Source: Rhizobium sp. Q54 (GTDB taxonomy: Bacteria > Pseudomonadota > Alphaproteobacteria > UBA828). From it: a stretch of 64,000 bases of DNA. Positions 10,208-22,290 of the stretch are shown piece by piece. A program made the translations under genes and the position numbers. Below the pieces are notes generated by a model, which worked only from the letters and a program-made list of their open reading frames with translations, ran no database searches and was not told the DNA's origin. Every line of letters begins with the position of its first letter. Position 1 is the stretch's first letter. Where the stretch lies: NCBI GenBank assembly GCA_945892755.1, contig CAMDDO010000002.1, forward strand, positions 58,418-122,417, written 5' to 3'.

Positions 10208-10699
10208 ATGCCGCAGATGAACGCAGACGACTGGCCCACGCAGATCGCGTGGCTCATCGTCACCTTCGCCGTTCTCCTGACCCTGATGTGGGGCTTCGCG
10301 CTGCCGCGGGTGCGTCGCGTGCTCGATCGCCGGCGCGAAAAGATCGCCGACGACATCGGCAAGGCCGAAGCCCTGAAGAGCGAGGCCGAGGCCGCGCTTA
10401 AAGCCTATCAGGCCGCGCTCGCCGAGGCCCGCGCCAAGGCGCAAACCATGCTGGCCGAGATGCAGGCGCGGCTGGATAAAGAGGGCGCGGCGCAGCGCGC
10501 CAAGCTCGACACCGAGCTCAACATCAAGGCGGCGGAGGCCGAGGCACGGATAAGGCGCGCCCGCGCTGAGGCGATGGCGAGCCTGAAGGATGTCGCGGCC
10601 GAGGCCGCGCGCGAGGCCACGCGGCGCCTGATCGGGGTCGAGCCCGACCGCGGCTCGGTCGAAGCCGCGGTCATGGCCGCGCTCGAGACGAGGTCATAG
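10208..10699 (+). CDS. atpF2: F0F1 ATP synthase subunit b' (alphaproteobacterial second b subunit)
   Basis: Single N-terminal TM helix then a long Ala/Glu/Arg-rich coiled coil; sits between atpE and atpF as is typical for alphaproteobacteria. Confidence 0.8.
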   Translation: MPQMNADDWPTQIAWLIVTFAVLLTLMWGFALPRVRRVLDRRREKIADDIGKAEALKSEAEAALKAYQAALAEARAKAQTMLAEMQARLDKEGAAQRAKLDTELNIKAAEAEARIRRARAEAMASLKDVAAEAAREATRRLIGVEPDRGSVEAAVMAALETRS

Positions 10700-10702
10700 G
10701 CG

Positions 10703-11272
10703 ATGAAAAAGGCCGTCAGAAGCTGGAAGTTCTGGGTCTTCATCGGCTTCATGGCGATTGCCGGCATCGCCGGCGGCACCGTGACCGAGAGCGTGGAGGA
10801 CGCCAATCTCTGGATCCTGGGCGCGTTCATCTGTTTCTTCCTGGTGTTCGGCGGCACGGCCTATCAGAAGGCCATGGGCGCGCTCGACGCGCGCACCGAG
10901 CGCATCAAGAAGGAGCTCGACGACGCGGTCGCCTTGCGCGACGACGCCCAGAGCCTGCTCGACGATTATCGCTCGAAGCGCGCCCAGGCCGAGGCCGACG
11001 CGCTCGCCATGATCGAGCACGCGCAAATCGAGGCCGAGCGACGCGCGCAAGCCGCCAAGCGCGAGCTCGAAATCGCCATGGAACGCCGCGCCCAGATGGC
11101 GCTGCAACGGATCGCCCAGGCCGAGGCGGATGCACTGCGCGAAGTGCGCTCGGCCGCCGCGACGCTCGCCATCCAAGCGACCGCGCGCCTGATCGCGCAG
11201 AACATGGGGCCGGAGCGCGCCGAGGCGATGGTGCAGGAGTCAATCCGGCAGGTGCAGCAGAAGCTGCATTGA
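10703..11272 (+). CDS. atpF: F0F1 ATP synthase subunit b
   Basis: N-terminal TM segment plus an amphipathic coiled coil (AQAEADALAMIEHAQIEAERRA...); last gene of the F0 operon. Confidence 0.8.
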   Translation: MKKAVRSWKFWVFIGFMAIAGIAGGTVTESVEDANLWILGAFICFFLVFGGTAYQKAMGALDARTERIKKELDDAVALRDDAQSLLDDYRSKRAQAEADALAMIEHAQIEAERRAQAAKRELEIAMERRAQMALQRIAQAEADALREVRSAAATLAIQATARLIAQNMGPERAEAMVQESIRQVQQKLH

Positions 11273-11328
11273 ACGGCCCTTCCTCCCTGGAGAGGGAGGA
11301 AGGGTTGTGGTTGGGGGGGGTGAACCGA

Positions 11329-11354
11329 AGCGGCCGAGGGGCCGCTTTTTGTTT
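11329..11354 (+). terminator. Rho-independent terminator of the atp F0 operon
   Basis: Stem gcggcc-gagg-ggccgc followed by TTTTTGTTTG, 57 nt after the atpF stop. Confidence 0.65.
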
Positions 11355-11539
11355 GCGCCCGTCATTCAGATCAAAGGCCGCTTTCTCCCGCCGGCGGGAG
11401 GCGAGGATGGTCCAAGCTCGCTCAATCTCATCTGGATTCGCTCTCCGCCCCGCCGCCGGAGAGGGAACAGTGGCGATGTCCCGTTCCGCTTCTCTATCGG
11501 CGATTGTCCGGTCTCAGCGGGAGGGAGGAAGGATGATCC

Positions 11540-14440
<2,901 letters not shown>

Positions 14441-14542
14441 GAAAGGCTCCTCGCTCCTTCCTCATGCTTCGACACTCTCGGCATGAGGGGGTTCTTTCGT
14501 CTCATCCTAGGTTCATCGAAGAATGAGGCGGGTGGTGGGTGG

Positions 14543-14920
14543 CTATTTTTGGCCTTCGATAAACTTCGCATAGGCGGCTTCGTCCATCAGCGCAGAGCCA
14601 TCGCCCGGATTGGCGAGCTTGAGCTTCAAGAACCAGCCATCGCCGGTCGCCGCGCGATTGATCAGCGCAGGGTCATCGGCGAGCTTGGCATTGACCTCGA
14701 TCACCTCGCCCGCGATCGGCGCGTAGACCTCGCTCGCCGCCTTGACCGATTCGACCACCGCGACTTGGCCGCCAGCCTCGACCTTTTTGCCGATCGGCGG
14801 CAGCTCGACATAGACGACGTCGCCAAGCTGGCCTTGCGCGTAATCCGAAATTCCCATCGTGGCGACGCCGCCGTCGATGCGCGCCCATTCGTGGCTCTTG
14901 ATGTATTTCAGGCCGGCCAT
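14543..14920 (-). CDS. gcvH: Glycine cleavage system H protein
   Basis: Lipoyl-lysine motif (VESVKAASEVYAP); the real start is the internal Met (MAGLKYIKSHEW...). The 178-aa track ORF has a spurious N-terminus. Confidence 0.9.
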   Translation of the reverse strand: MAGLKYIKSHEWARIDGGVATMGISDYAQGQLGDVVYVELPPIGKKVEAGGQVAVVESVKAASEVYAPIAGEVIEVNAKLADDPALINRAATGDGWFLKLKLANPGDGSALMDEAAYAKFIEGQK

Positions 14921-14939
14921 GTCGGGTTCCTCTTTGCTC

Positions 14940-16061
14940 TCAGGCTTTGTGGTAGCGATGCGGCACGAAGGGCAGCTGGGCGATGCGAGCGAGCCTCGGC
15001 TCACCGCGCACAATGAGCCGGACCGGCGTGCCAATATCGGCCGTGCGCACCTCGACATGGCCCATGGCGATCGGCACACCGAGGCTCGGGCTGAAGCCGC
15101 CGCTGGTCACCGTGCCGACGGGAACACCGGCTTCGTCCTGAATCTCGGTGCCCTCGCGCGCCGGCGCCTTGCCCTCGGGCAGAATGCCGACGCGCCGGCG
15201 CGCCGGCGTGCCGCGCAACTCGGCCAAGATGCGCGCGTCGCCGACGAAACCGGCTTCGCGCCGCCGGCGCCTGCCGATCGACCAAGCCAGCCCGGCCTCC
15301 ACCGGCGAAACCGCCTCGTCGATGTCGTGGCCATAAAGGCAGAGCCCAGCCTCAAGGCGCAATGAATCGCGTGCGCCCAGCCCGGCCGGCTTGACCTCAG
15401 GCTCGGCCGCGAGGCGCCGCCAGATCTCCTCCGCGGCTTCGGACGGCATCGAGATTTCAAAGCCGTCTTCGCCGGTGTAACCGGAGCGCGAAATCACCAC
15501 ATCGACCCGGCCGATGCGGGTCGGCACGGCGGTCATGAACGAAAGGCGCGCGGCACGCGGCGCGTGGCGCGCCAGCACACCCGCCGCCTGGGGCCCCTGC
15601 AGTGCGATCAGCGCGCGACCTTTGAGCAGCGCGATATCGACCGCGTGGCCGAGCCGGGCGTCGAGATGCGCGAGATCGTCAGGCTTGCGCGAGGCGTTGA
15701 CCACCAGCATTAAGCGGCCGACCCCATTGGTCACCATCAAATCGTCTATGATGCCGCCGCCCTCATTGGTGAATTGGGTGTAGCGCATCGCCCAGGGCGG
15801 CAGCTCGAGCAGATCGGCCGGGACCAGCCGCTCGAGCGCGCGCACCGCCTCGTCGCCCCACAGGCTGACCTGACCCATGTGCGAGACGTCGAACAACACG
15901 GCCTGGCTTCGCGCGTGCTTGTGCTCGGCGATGATGCCATCGGAATAATGCACCGGCATCTCATAACCGGCGAAGCCGACCAGCTTCGCGCCGTGGGCCG
16001 CGTGCCACGCGTGAAGCGGCGTGCGCAGCAGCGGCGCGGAAGGCGGTGCGGAATCGGCCAT
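14940..16061 (-). CDS. gcvT: Glycine cleavage system T protein (aminomethyltransferase)
   Basis: PLHAWHAAHGAKLVGFAGYEMPVHY N-terminus and the folate-binding GcvT fold; first gene of gcvTHP. Confidence 0.9.
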   Translation of the reverse strand: MADSAPPSAPLLRTPLHAWHAAHGAKLVGFAGYEMPVHYSDGIIAEHKHARSQAVLFDVSHMGQVSLWGDEAVRALERLVPADLLELPPWAMRYTQFTNEGGGIIDDLMVTNGVGRLMLVVNASRKPDDLAHLDARLGHAVDIALLKGRALIALQGPQAAGVLARHAPRAARLSFMTAVPTRIGRVDVVISRSGYTGEDGFEISMPSEAAEEIWRRLAAEPEVKPAGLGARDSLRLEAGLCLYGHDIDEAVSPVEAGLAWSIGRRRRREAGFVGDARILAELRGTPARRRVGILPEGKAPAREGTEIQDEAGVPVGTVTSGGFSPSLGVPIAMGHVEVRTADIGTPVRLIVRGEPRLARIAQLPFVPHRYHKA

Positions 16062-16084
16062 GCGACTCTCCCAACGGAACAGGC

Positions 16085-16322
16085 AAACACCCGCGACCCA
16101 AGTCGGTCGCCCGGTGCCCCCTCTGTCCGATGACCTGAAAGATTGGCCGGGCCGGCGCGTATGTCCCGCGCCAGCTCGGCTTACCTCGTCGGTGAGGCCG
16201 CCGCTAAGGCAGCGGCCTGCTTTCCAGAGTCACATTCCCCAGCGGTCCGCTTTGCCTGAGAGTTTCCGGGGCGGTTGCTCCTTCGGCGCCGAGCGGCGGT
16301 TTAGCCGCGCGGTCTCTCCCAC
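16085..16322 (-). ncRNA. Tandem glycine riboswitch (two aptamers plus expression platform) leader of gcvTHP
   Basis: Minus-strand aptamer 1: GGGAGAG...CGCCGAAGGAGCAA...CTCTCAGGCAAAGCGGAC. Aptamer 2: CTCTGGAAAG...CACCGACGAGG...TTTCAGGTCATCGGACAGAG. These match the conserved GGAGAG / CACCGAAGGGGCAA / CTCAGGCAAAAGGAC cores. They are followed by a GC hairpin (gcgacc-gacttg-ggtcgc) and the SD GGGAGAG before the gcvT ATG. Confidence 0.8.
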
Positions 16323-16392
16323 TGGGTTCACGTGCAAGAGCCGGTGACCTCATACTACCCGCCCATTGCACGGGGTCAACGCCCGGGCGAGC

Positions 16393-16947
16393 TCAACGCC
16401 GCTTGCGCTTGAGGTTTTCTTCGAGCTGCCTCTGATCGAGCTGAAGCCCGACCAGGATTTCGTAGTCCGAGCCGACGAAATCGGGTCCGATCGGGATGAT
16501 CTGCTCGATCTCCTCGACCGTCCGGGCGATGATGCCGCTTTCGGTGAAAATCAGGCGCGGTCGAAACAGCGCCTTGCCGAGGATGCGCCCACCCGGCTCG
16601 ACCACCGCGACAAAATAGGGCACCTCGAACGATTCGGCTTCGCTCGCCGGACCGCGCTTGGCCTCGATGCTGATGGTAAGCACCGAGCCCACCCGGGCGC
16701 GACCTTCGTCGAAATCATACTCGCAAACGCCGCTCAGACTCGGAAGCGCGACCTCGAACGCGACATCGGTGATATCGCGGCCGGCGCCTTCACGATAATA
16801 GGCTGCGGCCTTGGCTTCATTCACGATCGCCGCGCGCGGGCAGGCGGGCGGCGGCAGGTCCGCGCCGCAGCCCCACAGGATGCCGGCCGTGAGGGCGAGC
16901 GACGCGACGCCGAGAAGCGGCCGGATTCGAGGGCCGAGCGCGTTCAA
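16393..16947 (-). CDS. Hypothetical secreted/lipoprotein (signal peptide; unknown family)
   Basis: Probable TTG start overlapping the CDGSH stop (TTGA). Signal peptide NALGPRIRPLLGVASLALTAGILWGC followed by a soluble domain. The longer 287-aa track ORF would overlap the CDGSH gene and is rejected. Confidence 0.45.
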   Translation of the reverse strand: MNALGPRIRPLLGVASLALTAGILWGCGADLPPPACPRAAIVNEAKAAAYYREGAGRDITDVAFEVALPSLSGVCEYDFDEGRARVGSVLTISIEAKRGPASEAESFEVPYFVAVVEPGGRILGKALFRPRLIFTESGIIARTVEEIEQIIPIGPDFVGSDYEILVGLQLDQRQLEENLKRKRR

Positions 16948-17183
16948 AGCTTGCCGTGCGTGCCGTCGCAATGCGGCTTGTTGGAGGTGCGTTTGCAGCC
17001 ACACAGCCAGAGGGTTTCCGCCTTCGCCGCCTTGAACTGAACCGGTTCGAGCCCGCTCCCCACATGGGAACCGTCGCAATAAGGTTGGTTCAGGCTCTTG
17101 CCGCACGCGCACCACCAATATTTCTTGCCTTCCTTGACGCTGACTTCGTAGGGCCCCTTCTGGGCGATCACAGGCTCGCTCAT
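16944..17183 (-). CDS. CDGSH iron-sulfur domain protein (79 aa, two CDGSH motifs)
   Basis: CACGKSLNQPYCDGSH and CGCKRTSNKPHCDGTH; start is the internal Met (MSEPVIAQ) of the 301-aa track ORF. Confidence 0.8.
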   Translation of the reverse strand: MSEPVIAQKGPYEVSVKEGKKYWWCACGKSLNQPYCDGSHVGSGLEPVQFKAAKAETLWLCGCKRTSNKPHCDGTHGKL

Positions 17184-17360
17184 GGTGTGCGCCTCCGCCT
17201 CTTTCGCATGCCGTCGAATCGGCGGAAACTCTAAACATCGCGTCACGACGGCACAAGGAGTCCGGCCAAGTCGCTCACCGTCCTCCCCTCGCCAAGCGCG
17301 GGGCCCTTGATTAGGATGGCCCTTCTCGCCCGCTCCCCTCCCTCGCCGATACGGCTCTCC

Positions 17361-18323
17361 ATGGCGGTTTACACCGACGTTTCCGATGACGACCTCGAGA
17401 CCTTCCTCGAGGGCTATGACGTCGGCGAATTGCTCTCGTTCAAGGGCATCGCCGAAGGCGTCGAAAACACCAATTTCATGGTCATCACCTCGCGCGGCAC
17501 CTATATCCTGACGCTCTACGAAAAGCGGGTGAAGGCGGAGGATTTGCCGTTCTTCATCGGCCTTATGGAACACCTCGCCATGCGCGGCGTGGCCTGTCCG
17601 ACCCCGATTCGCGCGCGCGACGGCAGCGCGTTGCGCACGCTTTGCGGCCGGCCCGCGGCGCTGACCAGCTTTCTTACCGGCGTCTGGCAGCGGCGCATCC
17701 TGCCGCCGCATTGCCAGGGCGTTGGCGCCGCGCTTGCCACCATGCACAAGGCCGGCGCCGACTTTGCGCTGAGCCGCGCGAACGCGCTCTCGCTTACGGG
17801 CTGGCGCGCGCTTTACGACGCAACGCAAGAGCGCGCCGATGAAGTGCAACCTGGGCTCGCCGCCGAACTCGGCGCGGAACTTCGGGCGCTTGAAACGTCA
17901 TGGCCGAGCGGCCTGCCGTCCGGCGTGATTCACGCCGATCTTTTCCCGGACAACGTGTTCTTCAAGCGCGACCGGCTCTCCGGCCTCATCGACTTCTATT
18001 TCGCATGCAATGATTTTTTCGCCTATGACTTGGCGATTTGCTTGAACGCCTGGTGCTTCGAACCTGATTCGAGCTTCAATGTGACCAAGGCGCGGTTGAT
18101 GATTTCAGCCTACCGGCGCGAGCGACCGCTTTCCCCCGCCGAGCTTGCCGCGCTGCCGGTTCTGGCGCGCGGCTCGGCGCTGCGTTTTCTGCTGACCCGG
18201 CTCTATGACTGGCTCAACCAGGTCGATGGCGCGCTGGTGCGGCCGAAGGATCCGCTCGAATATGTTCGCAAGCTGCGCTTCCATCGGGGCGTCGGCGACA
18301 TCACCGCCTATGGGATCAAATGA
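17361..18323 (+). CDS. thrB: Homoserine kinase, type II (APH-family ThrB)
   Basis: Aminoglycoside-phosphotransferase-like fold with conserved [12 protein letters not shown] and [19 protein letters not shown] motifs; start taken at [16 protein letters not shown]. Confidence 0.8.
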   Translation: MAVYTDVSDDDLETFLEGYDVGELLSFKGIAEGVENTNFMVITSRGTYILTLYEKRVKAEDLPFFIGLMEHLAMRGVACPTPIRARDGSALRTLCGRPAALTSFLTGVWQRRILPPHCQGVGAALATMHKAGADFALSRANALSLTGWRALYDATQERADEVQPGLAAELGAELRALETSWPSGLPSGVIHADLFPDNVFFKRDRLSGLIDFYFACNDFFAYDLAICLNAWCFEPDSSFNVTKARLMISAYRRERPLSPAELAALPVLARGSALRFLLTRLYDWLNQVDGALVRPKDPLEYVRKLRFHRGVGDITAYGIK

Positions 18324-18327
18324 ACGG

Positions 18328-18804
18328 ATGACGGCAAAAAAAGCCGAGGCGATTGCGCGCATCTATACCGACGGCGCGTGCAGCGGTAACCCAGGCCCGG
18401 GCGGCTGGGGCGTCGTGCTCGAATGGAACGGACATCGCAAGGAACTGCATGGCGGCGAGCCGGCCACCACCAACAACCGAATGGAACTGATCGCGGCGAT
18501 CAAGGCGATCGAGGCCCTAAGCCGGCGCGTCACGGTCGAGCTCTATACCGATAGCCGCTATCTGAAGGACGGCATCACGCTCTGGCTGGCGGACTGGAAG
18601 CGGCGCGGCTGGAAGACCGCCGACAAGAAGCCGGTCAAGAATCTCGACCTCTGGCAAAAGCTCGACGCGCTACGCCACAGCCACACGATCTCATGGCACT
18701 GGGTCAAGGCGCACAATGGCCACGAGCAGAATGAACGGGCCGACGAGTTGGCGCGACTCGGCATTGCCGAGCTGCGCGACATGGCGAAGCAATCCGATGC
18801 CTAG
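18328..18804 (+). CDS. rnhA: Ribonuclease HI
   Basis: [20 protein letters not shown]...[17 protein letters not shown]...[12 protein letters not shown]...[18 protein letters not shown] carries the DEDD catalytic residues. Start is 5 nt after the thrB stop. Confidence 0.9.
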   Translation: MTAKKAEAIARIYTDGACSGNPGPGGWGVVLEWNGHRKELHGGEPATTNNRMELIAAIKAIEALSRRVTVELYTDSRYLKDGITLWLADWKRRGWKTADKKPVKNLDLWQKLDALRHSHTISWHWVKAHNGHEQNERADELARLGIAELRDMAKQSDA

Positions 18805-18854
18805 ATCGCGTGGAAGGCAGGCGACGGGCGCGCCGACGGGACCTGCCGGCAATC

Positions 18855-18883
18855 GTCATGGCCCAAAGCGACCGGGCCATGAC
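18855..18883. terminator. Possible bidirectional GC hairpin between convergent rnhA and the peroxiredoxin gene
   Basis: gtcatggccc-aaagcgacc-gggccatgac (10-bp perfect stem), with no clear U tract. Confidence 0.3.
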
Positions 18884-18906
18884 GAAGAAGACATGAAGGC
18901 TGAGGT

Positions 18907-19392
18907 CTAGACTTGCGAGAGCAGCTTGTCGGCGCTGCTTTCCTTCATCTCGCCTGGATTGCTCTCGACGTTGAGCACCTTGACCACGCCATTGTCGACA
19001 AGCATGGAAAAACGCGTGGTCCGCTCGCCGAGGCCGAAGCCGCGGCCATCGAGCGTGAGGCCGGTCGCCCGCGCGAAATCGCCATTGCCGTCGGCCAGCA
19101 TGGTGACCTTGCCCGCGACATTTTGCGAATTGCCCCAGGCTTCCATCACGAACGCGTCGTTGACCGACACGCAGGCAATCTCGGCGATGCCCTTCTTCTT
19201 GAGATCGGCGCTGCGCTCGACATAATTCGGCAAATGCTTGGCCGAGCAGGTTGGCGTGAAGGCGCCCGGCAAGGCGAAAAGCGCGACCATGCGCCCCTTG
19301 AAGAATTCGTCAGATTTTATGTCTTTCATCCCATCGGCCGTCTTCTGTTTGAATGTGACGGAAGGGATATGGTCGCCGACCTTGATTGCCAT
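18907..19392 (-). CDS. Peroxiredoxin (Prx5-like / glutathione-dependent type, AhpC-TSA family)
   Basis: PGAFTPTCS peroxidatic Cys motif; 161 aa. Confidence 0.85.
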   Translation of the reverse strand: MAIKVGDHIPSVTFKQKTADGMKDIKSDEFFKGRMVALFALPGAFTPTCSAKHLPNYVERSADLKKKGIAEIACVSVNDAFVMEAWGNSQNVAGKVTMLADGNGDFARATGLTLDGRGFGLGERTTRFSMLVDNGVVKVLNVESNPGEMKESSADKLLSQV

Positions 19393-19605
19393 GAGTCTTT
19401 ATCTCCCAATTCTGCCCGAATCCGGGCTCGGTTGACGGTTTGGGCACGGGCAGCGCCGCCCCGCCGCTTGACGCCCCGAAATATGGGATTTCGGCGGGCC
19501 TAATGCAAACGTCCTACCGGGGCGCGCGGCCATCCTTTATTAACCGCTTTCCAGCCACCATATTGGCGGCAATGTGCGTAGACTGACCGGCGAGCGAGAC
19601 GTGCC

Positions 19606-20181
19606 ATGGCGCAAATGCCGAAGGCCTCAGGTTATCTCGGCGGCCACCTCCTGGTGGCGATGCCGCAAATGCCGGACCCGCGCTTTGCGCGCTCGGTGGT
19701 CTATCTCTGCGCCCACACCTCGGACGGCGCCATGGGGCTGATCGTCAACAAGCTGATCGATTCGTTGAGCTTCCCCGATCTGCTGCGCCAGCTCGGCATC
19801 GACCCGCCCGAGGCGACCGATGCGATCCGCGTGCATTTCGGCGGCCCGGTCGAAGCGGCCCGGGGCTTTGTGCTGCATTCGACCGACTATGTCCATGACG
19901 CGACCATGGTGGTGGACGATCAATTCGCACTGACCGCGACGATCGATGTCTTGAAGGCGATCGCCAAGGGCGAGGGGCCGCGCCGCAGCCTGCTCGCGTT
20001 GGGCTATGCCGGCTGGGCGCCCGGCCAGCTCGACCAAGAGATCCAGTCGAATGGCTGGCTCACCGTTCCCGCCGCAGCCGATCTGGTGTTCGATTCCGAC
20101 ACCGATCACCTTTGGCAGCAGGCGATCGCGCGCATCGGCGTCGACCTCGGCAAGCTATCGTCCGCCGCTGGACACGCCTGA
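19606..20181 (+). CDS. YqgE/AlgH family protein (UPF0301)
   Basis: GHLLVAMPQMPDPRFARSVVYLCAHTSDGAMGLIVNK is a typical YqgE/AlgH N-terminus. Confidence 0.8.
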   Translation: MAQMPKASGYLGGHLLVAMPQMPDPRFARSVVYLCAHTSDGAMGLIVNKLIDSLSFPDLLRQLGIDPPEATDAIRVHFGGPVEAARGFVLHSTDYVHDATMVVDDQFALTATIDVLKAIAKGEGPRRSLLALGYAGWAPGQLDQEIQSNGWLTVPAAADLVFDSDTDHLWQQAIARIGVDLGKLSSAAGHA

Positions 20182-20754
20182 ACCGAGCCACTGCTGAAGG
20201 CGCTCGGCCGCCGCCGGATATTCGGTGGCAAGCAGCGCGAAGAGCAGATGGTCGTGCCAGACACCGTTGATCCGCAAATATTGCCGGGCATGACCCTCCT
20301 GGCGGAAGCCGCAACGCTCCAGCAGTCTTTGGCTGCGCGCGTTTTCCGGCATGCAGGCCGCTTCGAGGCGATGCAGCGCGAGGGGACCAAAGGCGTGAGC
20401 GAGCAGCACGCCGAGCGCTTCGGCCATATAGCCTTGGCCGGCATGGCGCCGGCCAATCCAATAGCCGATTGTGGCCGATTGAGCGGCGCCACGCTGGAGG
20501 TTACTCAGCGTGATGCCGCCGAGCACGGCTTCATCACTGCGCCGAAAGATGAAATAGGCATAGCCGATATCCTCGCTCTCGTCCTTGGCGAGGCGACGTA
20601 GCCGGCGGCGATAGCTCGCGCGGGCGAGCGCATCGGGTGCCCAGGCCGGCTCCCAGCTGGTCAAGAAATCGCGCGAGGTGTGACGAAGCTCCGCCCAGGC
20701 GGACCAGTCGCTCAGGCGCGGCGCGCGCAAATAGACGCGCTCCGCGACGAACAT
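20155..20754 (-). CDS. GNAT family N-acetyltransferase (RimJ/RimL-like)
   Basis: Acetyl-CoA binding motif RRHAGQGYMAEALGVLLAHAF and a GNAT fold; start taken at the Met in MFVAERVYLR. Confidence 0.7.
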   Translation of the reverse strand: MFVAERVYLRAPRLSDWSAWAELRHTSRDFLTSWEPAWAPDALARASYRRRLRRLAKDESEDIGYAYFIFRRSDEAVLGGITLSNLQRGAAQSATIGYWIGRRHAGQGYMAEALGVLLAHAFGPLALHRLEAACMPENARSQRLLERCGFRQEGHARQYLRINGVWHDHLLFALLATEYPAAAERLQQWLGSGVSSGGR

Positions 20755-20777
20755 CGGCTCGGCGCGGCCGCCGCCAC

Positions 20778-21020
20778 TCAGTCGGAGCGCCACGGCCGCT
20801 CTCCCTTCGCGATACGGAACACCAGCACCGCGCCATCCTCGCTGCTGGCGACCAGACGGTGCCCGCTGGTTTCGCAGAAATGACGGAAGTCGATCCGCGC
20901 GGCCGGATCGGTCGCCAGGATCTCGATTTCTTCACCTGGCGCCATCATGCCGAGCACCTTCCGCGCCTTCAGCACCGGCAAGGGGCAGCGCATGCCCCGT
21001 AGGTCGAGCGTGCGCGCCAT
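20778..21020 (-). CDS. TusA-like sulfurtransferase (80 aa)
   Basis: CPxP motif (LDLRGMRCPLPVLKARKVL); start at the internal Met (MARTLDL). Confidence 0.7.
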   Translation of the reverse strand: MARTLDLRGMRCPLPVLKARKVLGMMAPGEEIEILATDPAARIDFRHFCETSGHRLVASSEDGAVLVFRIAKGERPWRSD

Positions 21021-21030
21021 CGAGCCACCC

Positions 21031-22290
21031 TTAGCCGAAGCGCCCCGCGATGCGATCATAGGCCTCGAGACTTTGCAGCGTGCCGAGCGCGGTGACCGAG
21101 GGCCTACTCGTCGTGAAGGTGCGCTTGGCGAGCGCGACAACATGCGCCGGCGTGATTGCCTCGATGCGCGCGACCATTTCCTCGATCGGCAGGGCGCGGC
21201 CATAGATCAGCATGTGGCGGCCGAGCCGCTCGATCCGCGACGACGTGCTTTCGAGCGACATCATGAGGCCCGATTTCAACTGCGCACGGGCGCGCGCGAG
21301 CTCGGGCTCGGTGACCGCCTCGCACACCTTCATCATTTCGTCGGCCAAGACCGGGATCAGCTCGGCGGCATCCTCCGGTGCGGTGCCGGCATAGACGCCG
21401 AACGTGCCGCCGTCGGTATAGGACGACGCGAAGGTGAACACCGAATAGGCCAGCCCGCGCCGCTCGCGGATCTCCTGGAACAGGCGTGACGACATGCCGC
21501 CGCCTAGCAGGGTCGAGAACACCTGCATGGTCGGAAAATCGGGATGCTCGAAGGCGACGCCATCGAAGCCCAGGATCAAGTGGAGCTGCTCGAGCTCGCG
21601 TTCGCGCCTGCCGTCGCCCCCGCCATAGCGCGCCGGCACGCGGTCGAGCGAGCCCGGGCTGGGAAAGGCATCGAAGGCGCGCGCGGCCAATTCGACCAGG
21701 GTCTCGTGCGCGAATCGACCGGCGCCGACCACGACCATGCGCGGCGCGGCATAGTGTTCGGCCATGTAGCCGGCCAACACGTCGCGCCCGACCTGCTCGA
21801 CGATTTCGGCTGGTCCAAGGATGGTGCGCCCCATCGGCTGATCGGGATAGGCGACTTCTTGGAAGTAATCGAACACGATGTCGTCGGGCGTATCGTGCGC
21901 CTGCGCGATCTCCTGCACGATGACCTGCCGCTCGCGCGCCAGCTCCTCGGGATCGAACACCGAGTGCTGCAGGATATCGGCGAGAATGTCGACCGCGAGC
22001 GGCACATCCTTCTTCATGACCTTGACGTAATAGGCGGTCTGCTCGCGCGAGGTGTAGGCATTCAAATGCCCGCCGACCGCCTCGATCTCTTCGGCGATTG
22101 CCTGCGCACTGCGCCGCTTGGTGCCCTTGAACGCCATGTGCTCGAGCATGTGCGAGACGCCATTGATCTCGGCCCGCTCGTCGCGCGCCCCGACATCGAC
22201 CCAGACGCCGATCGAAGCGGTCTCGACGCTGGGCATTTCCTCGCTGACGACGCGAAGGCCGTTCGGCAGCGTGGTGACGCGCGTGCTCAT
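21031..22290 (-). CDS. M16 family zinc peptidase (pitrilysin / MPP-like)
   Basis: Inverted zinc motif HxxEH (GVSHMLEHMAFKGT) with a downstream Glu, 419 aa. The overlapping alternative-frame ORF 21104..22333 is rejected. Confidence 0.85.
   Translation of the reverse strand: MSTRVTTLPNGLRVVSEEMPSVETASIGVWVDVGARDERAEINGVSHMLEHMAFKGTKRRSAQAIAEEIEAVGGHLNAYTSREQTAYYVKVMKKDVPLAVDILADILQHSVFDPEELARERQVIVQEIAQAHDTPDDIVFDYFQEVAYPDQPMGRTILGPAEIVEQVGRDVLAGYMAEHYAAPRMVVVGAGRFAHETLVELAARAFDAFPSPGSLDRVPARYGGGDGRRERELEQLHLILGFDGVAFEHPDFPTMQVFSTLLGGGMSSRLFQEIRERRGLAYSVFTFASSYTDGGTFGVYAGTAPEDAAELIPVLADEMMKVCEAVTEPELARARAQLKSGLMMSLESTSSRIERLGRHMLIYGRALPIEEMVARIEAITPAHVVALAKRTFTTSRPSVTALGTLQSLEAYDRIAGRFG

Noticed and set aside
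16393-17256. 287-aa ORF fusing the lipoprotein with upstream sequence across the CDGSH gene, and 16366..17040 on the plus strand
   Set aside because: It would overlap the well-supported CDGSH gene out of frame and run into the glycine riboswitch. An internal TTG start gives a normal signal peptide.
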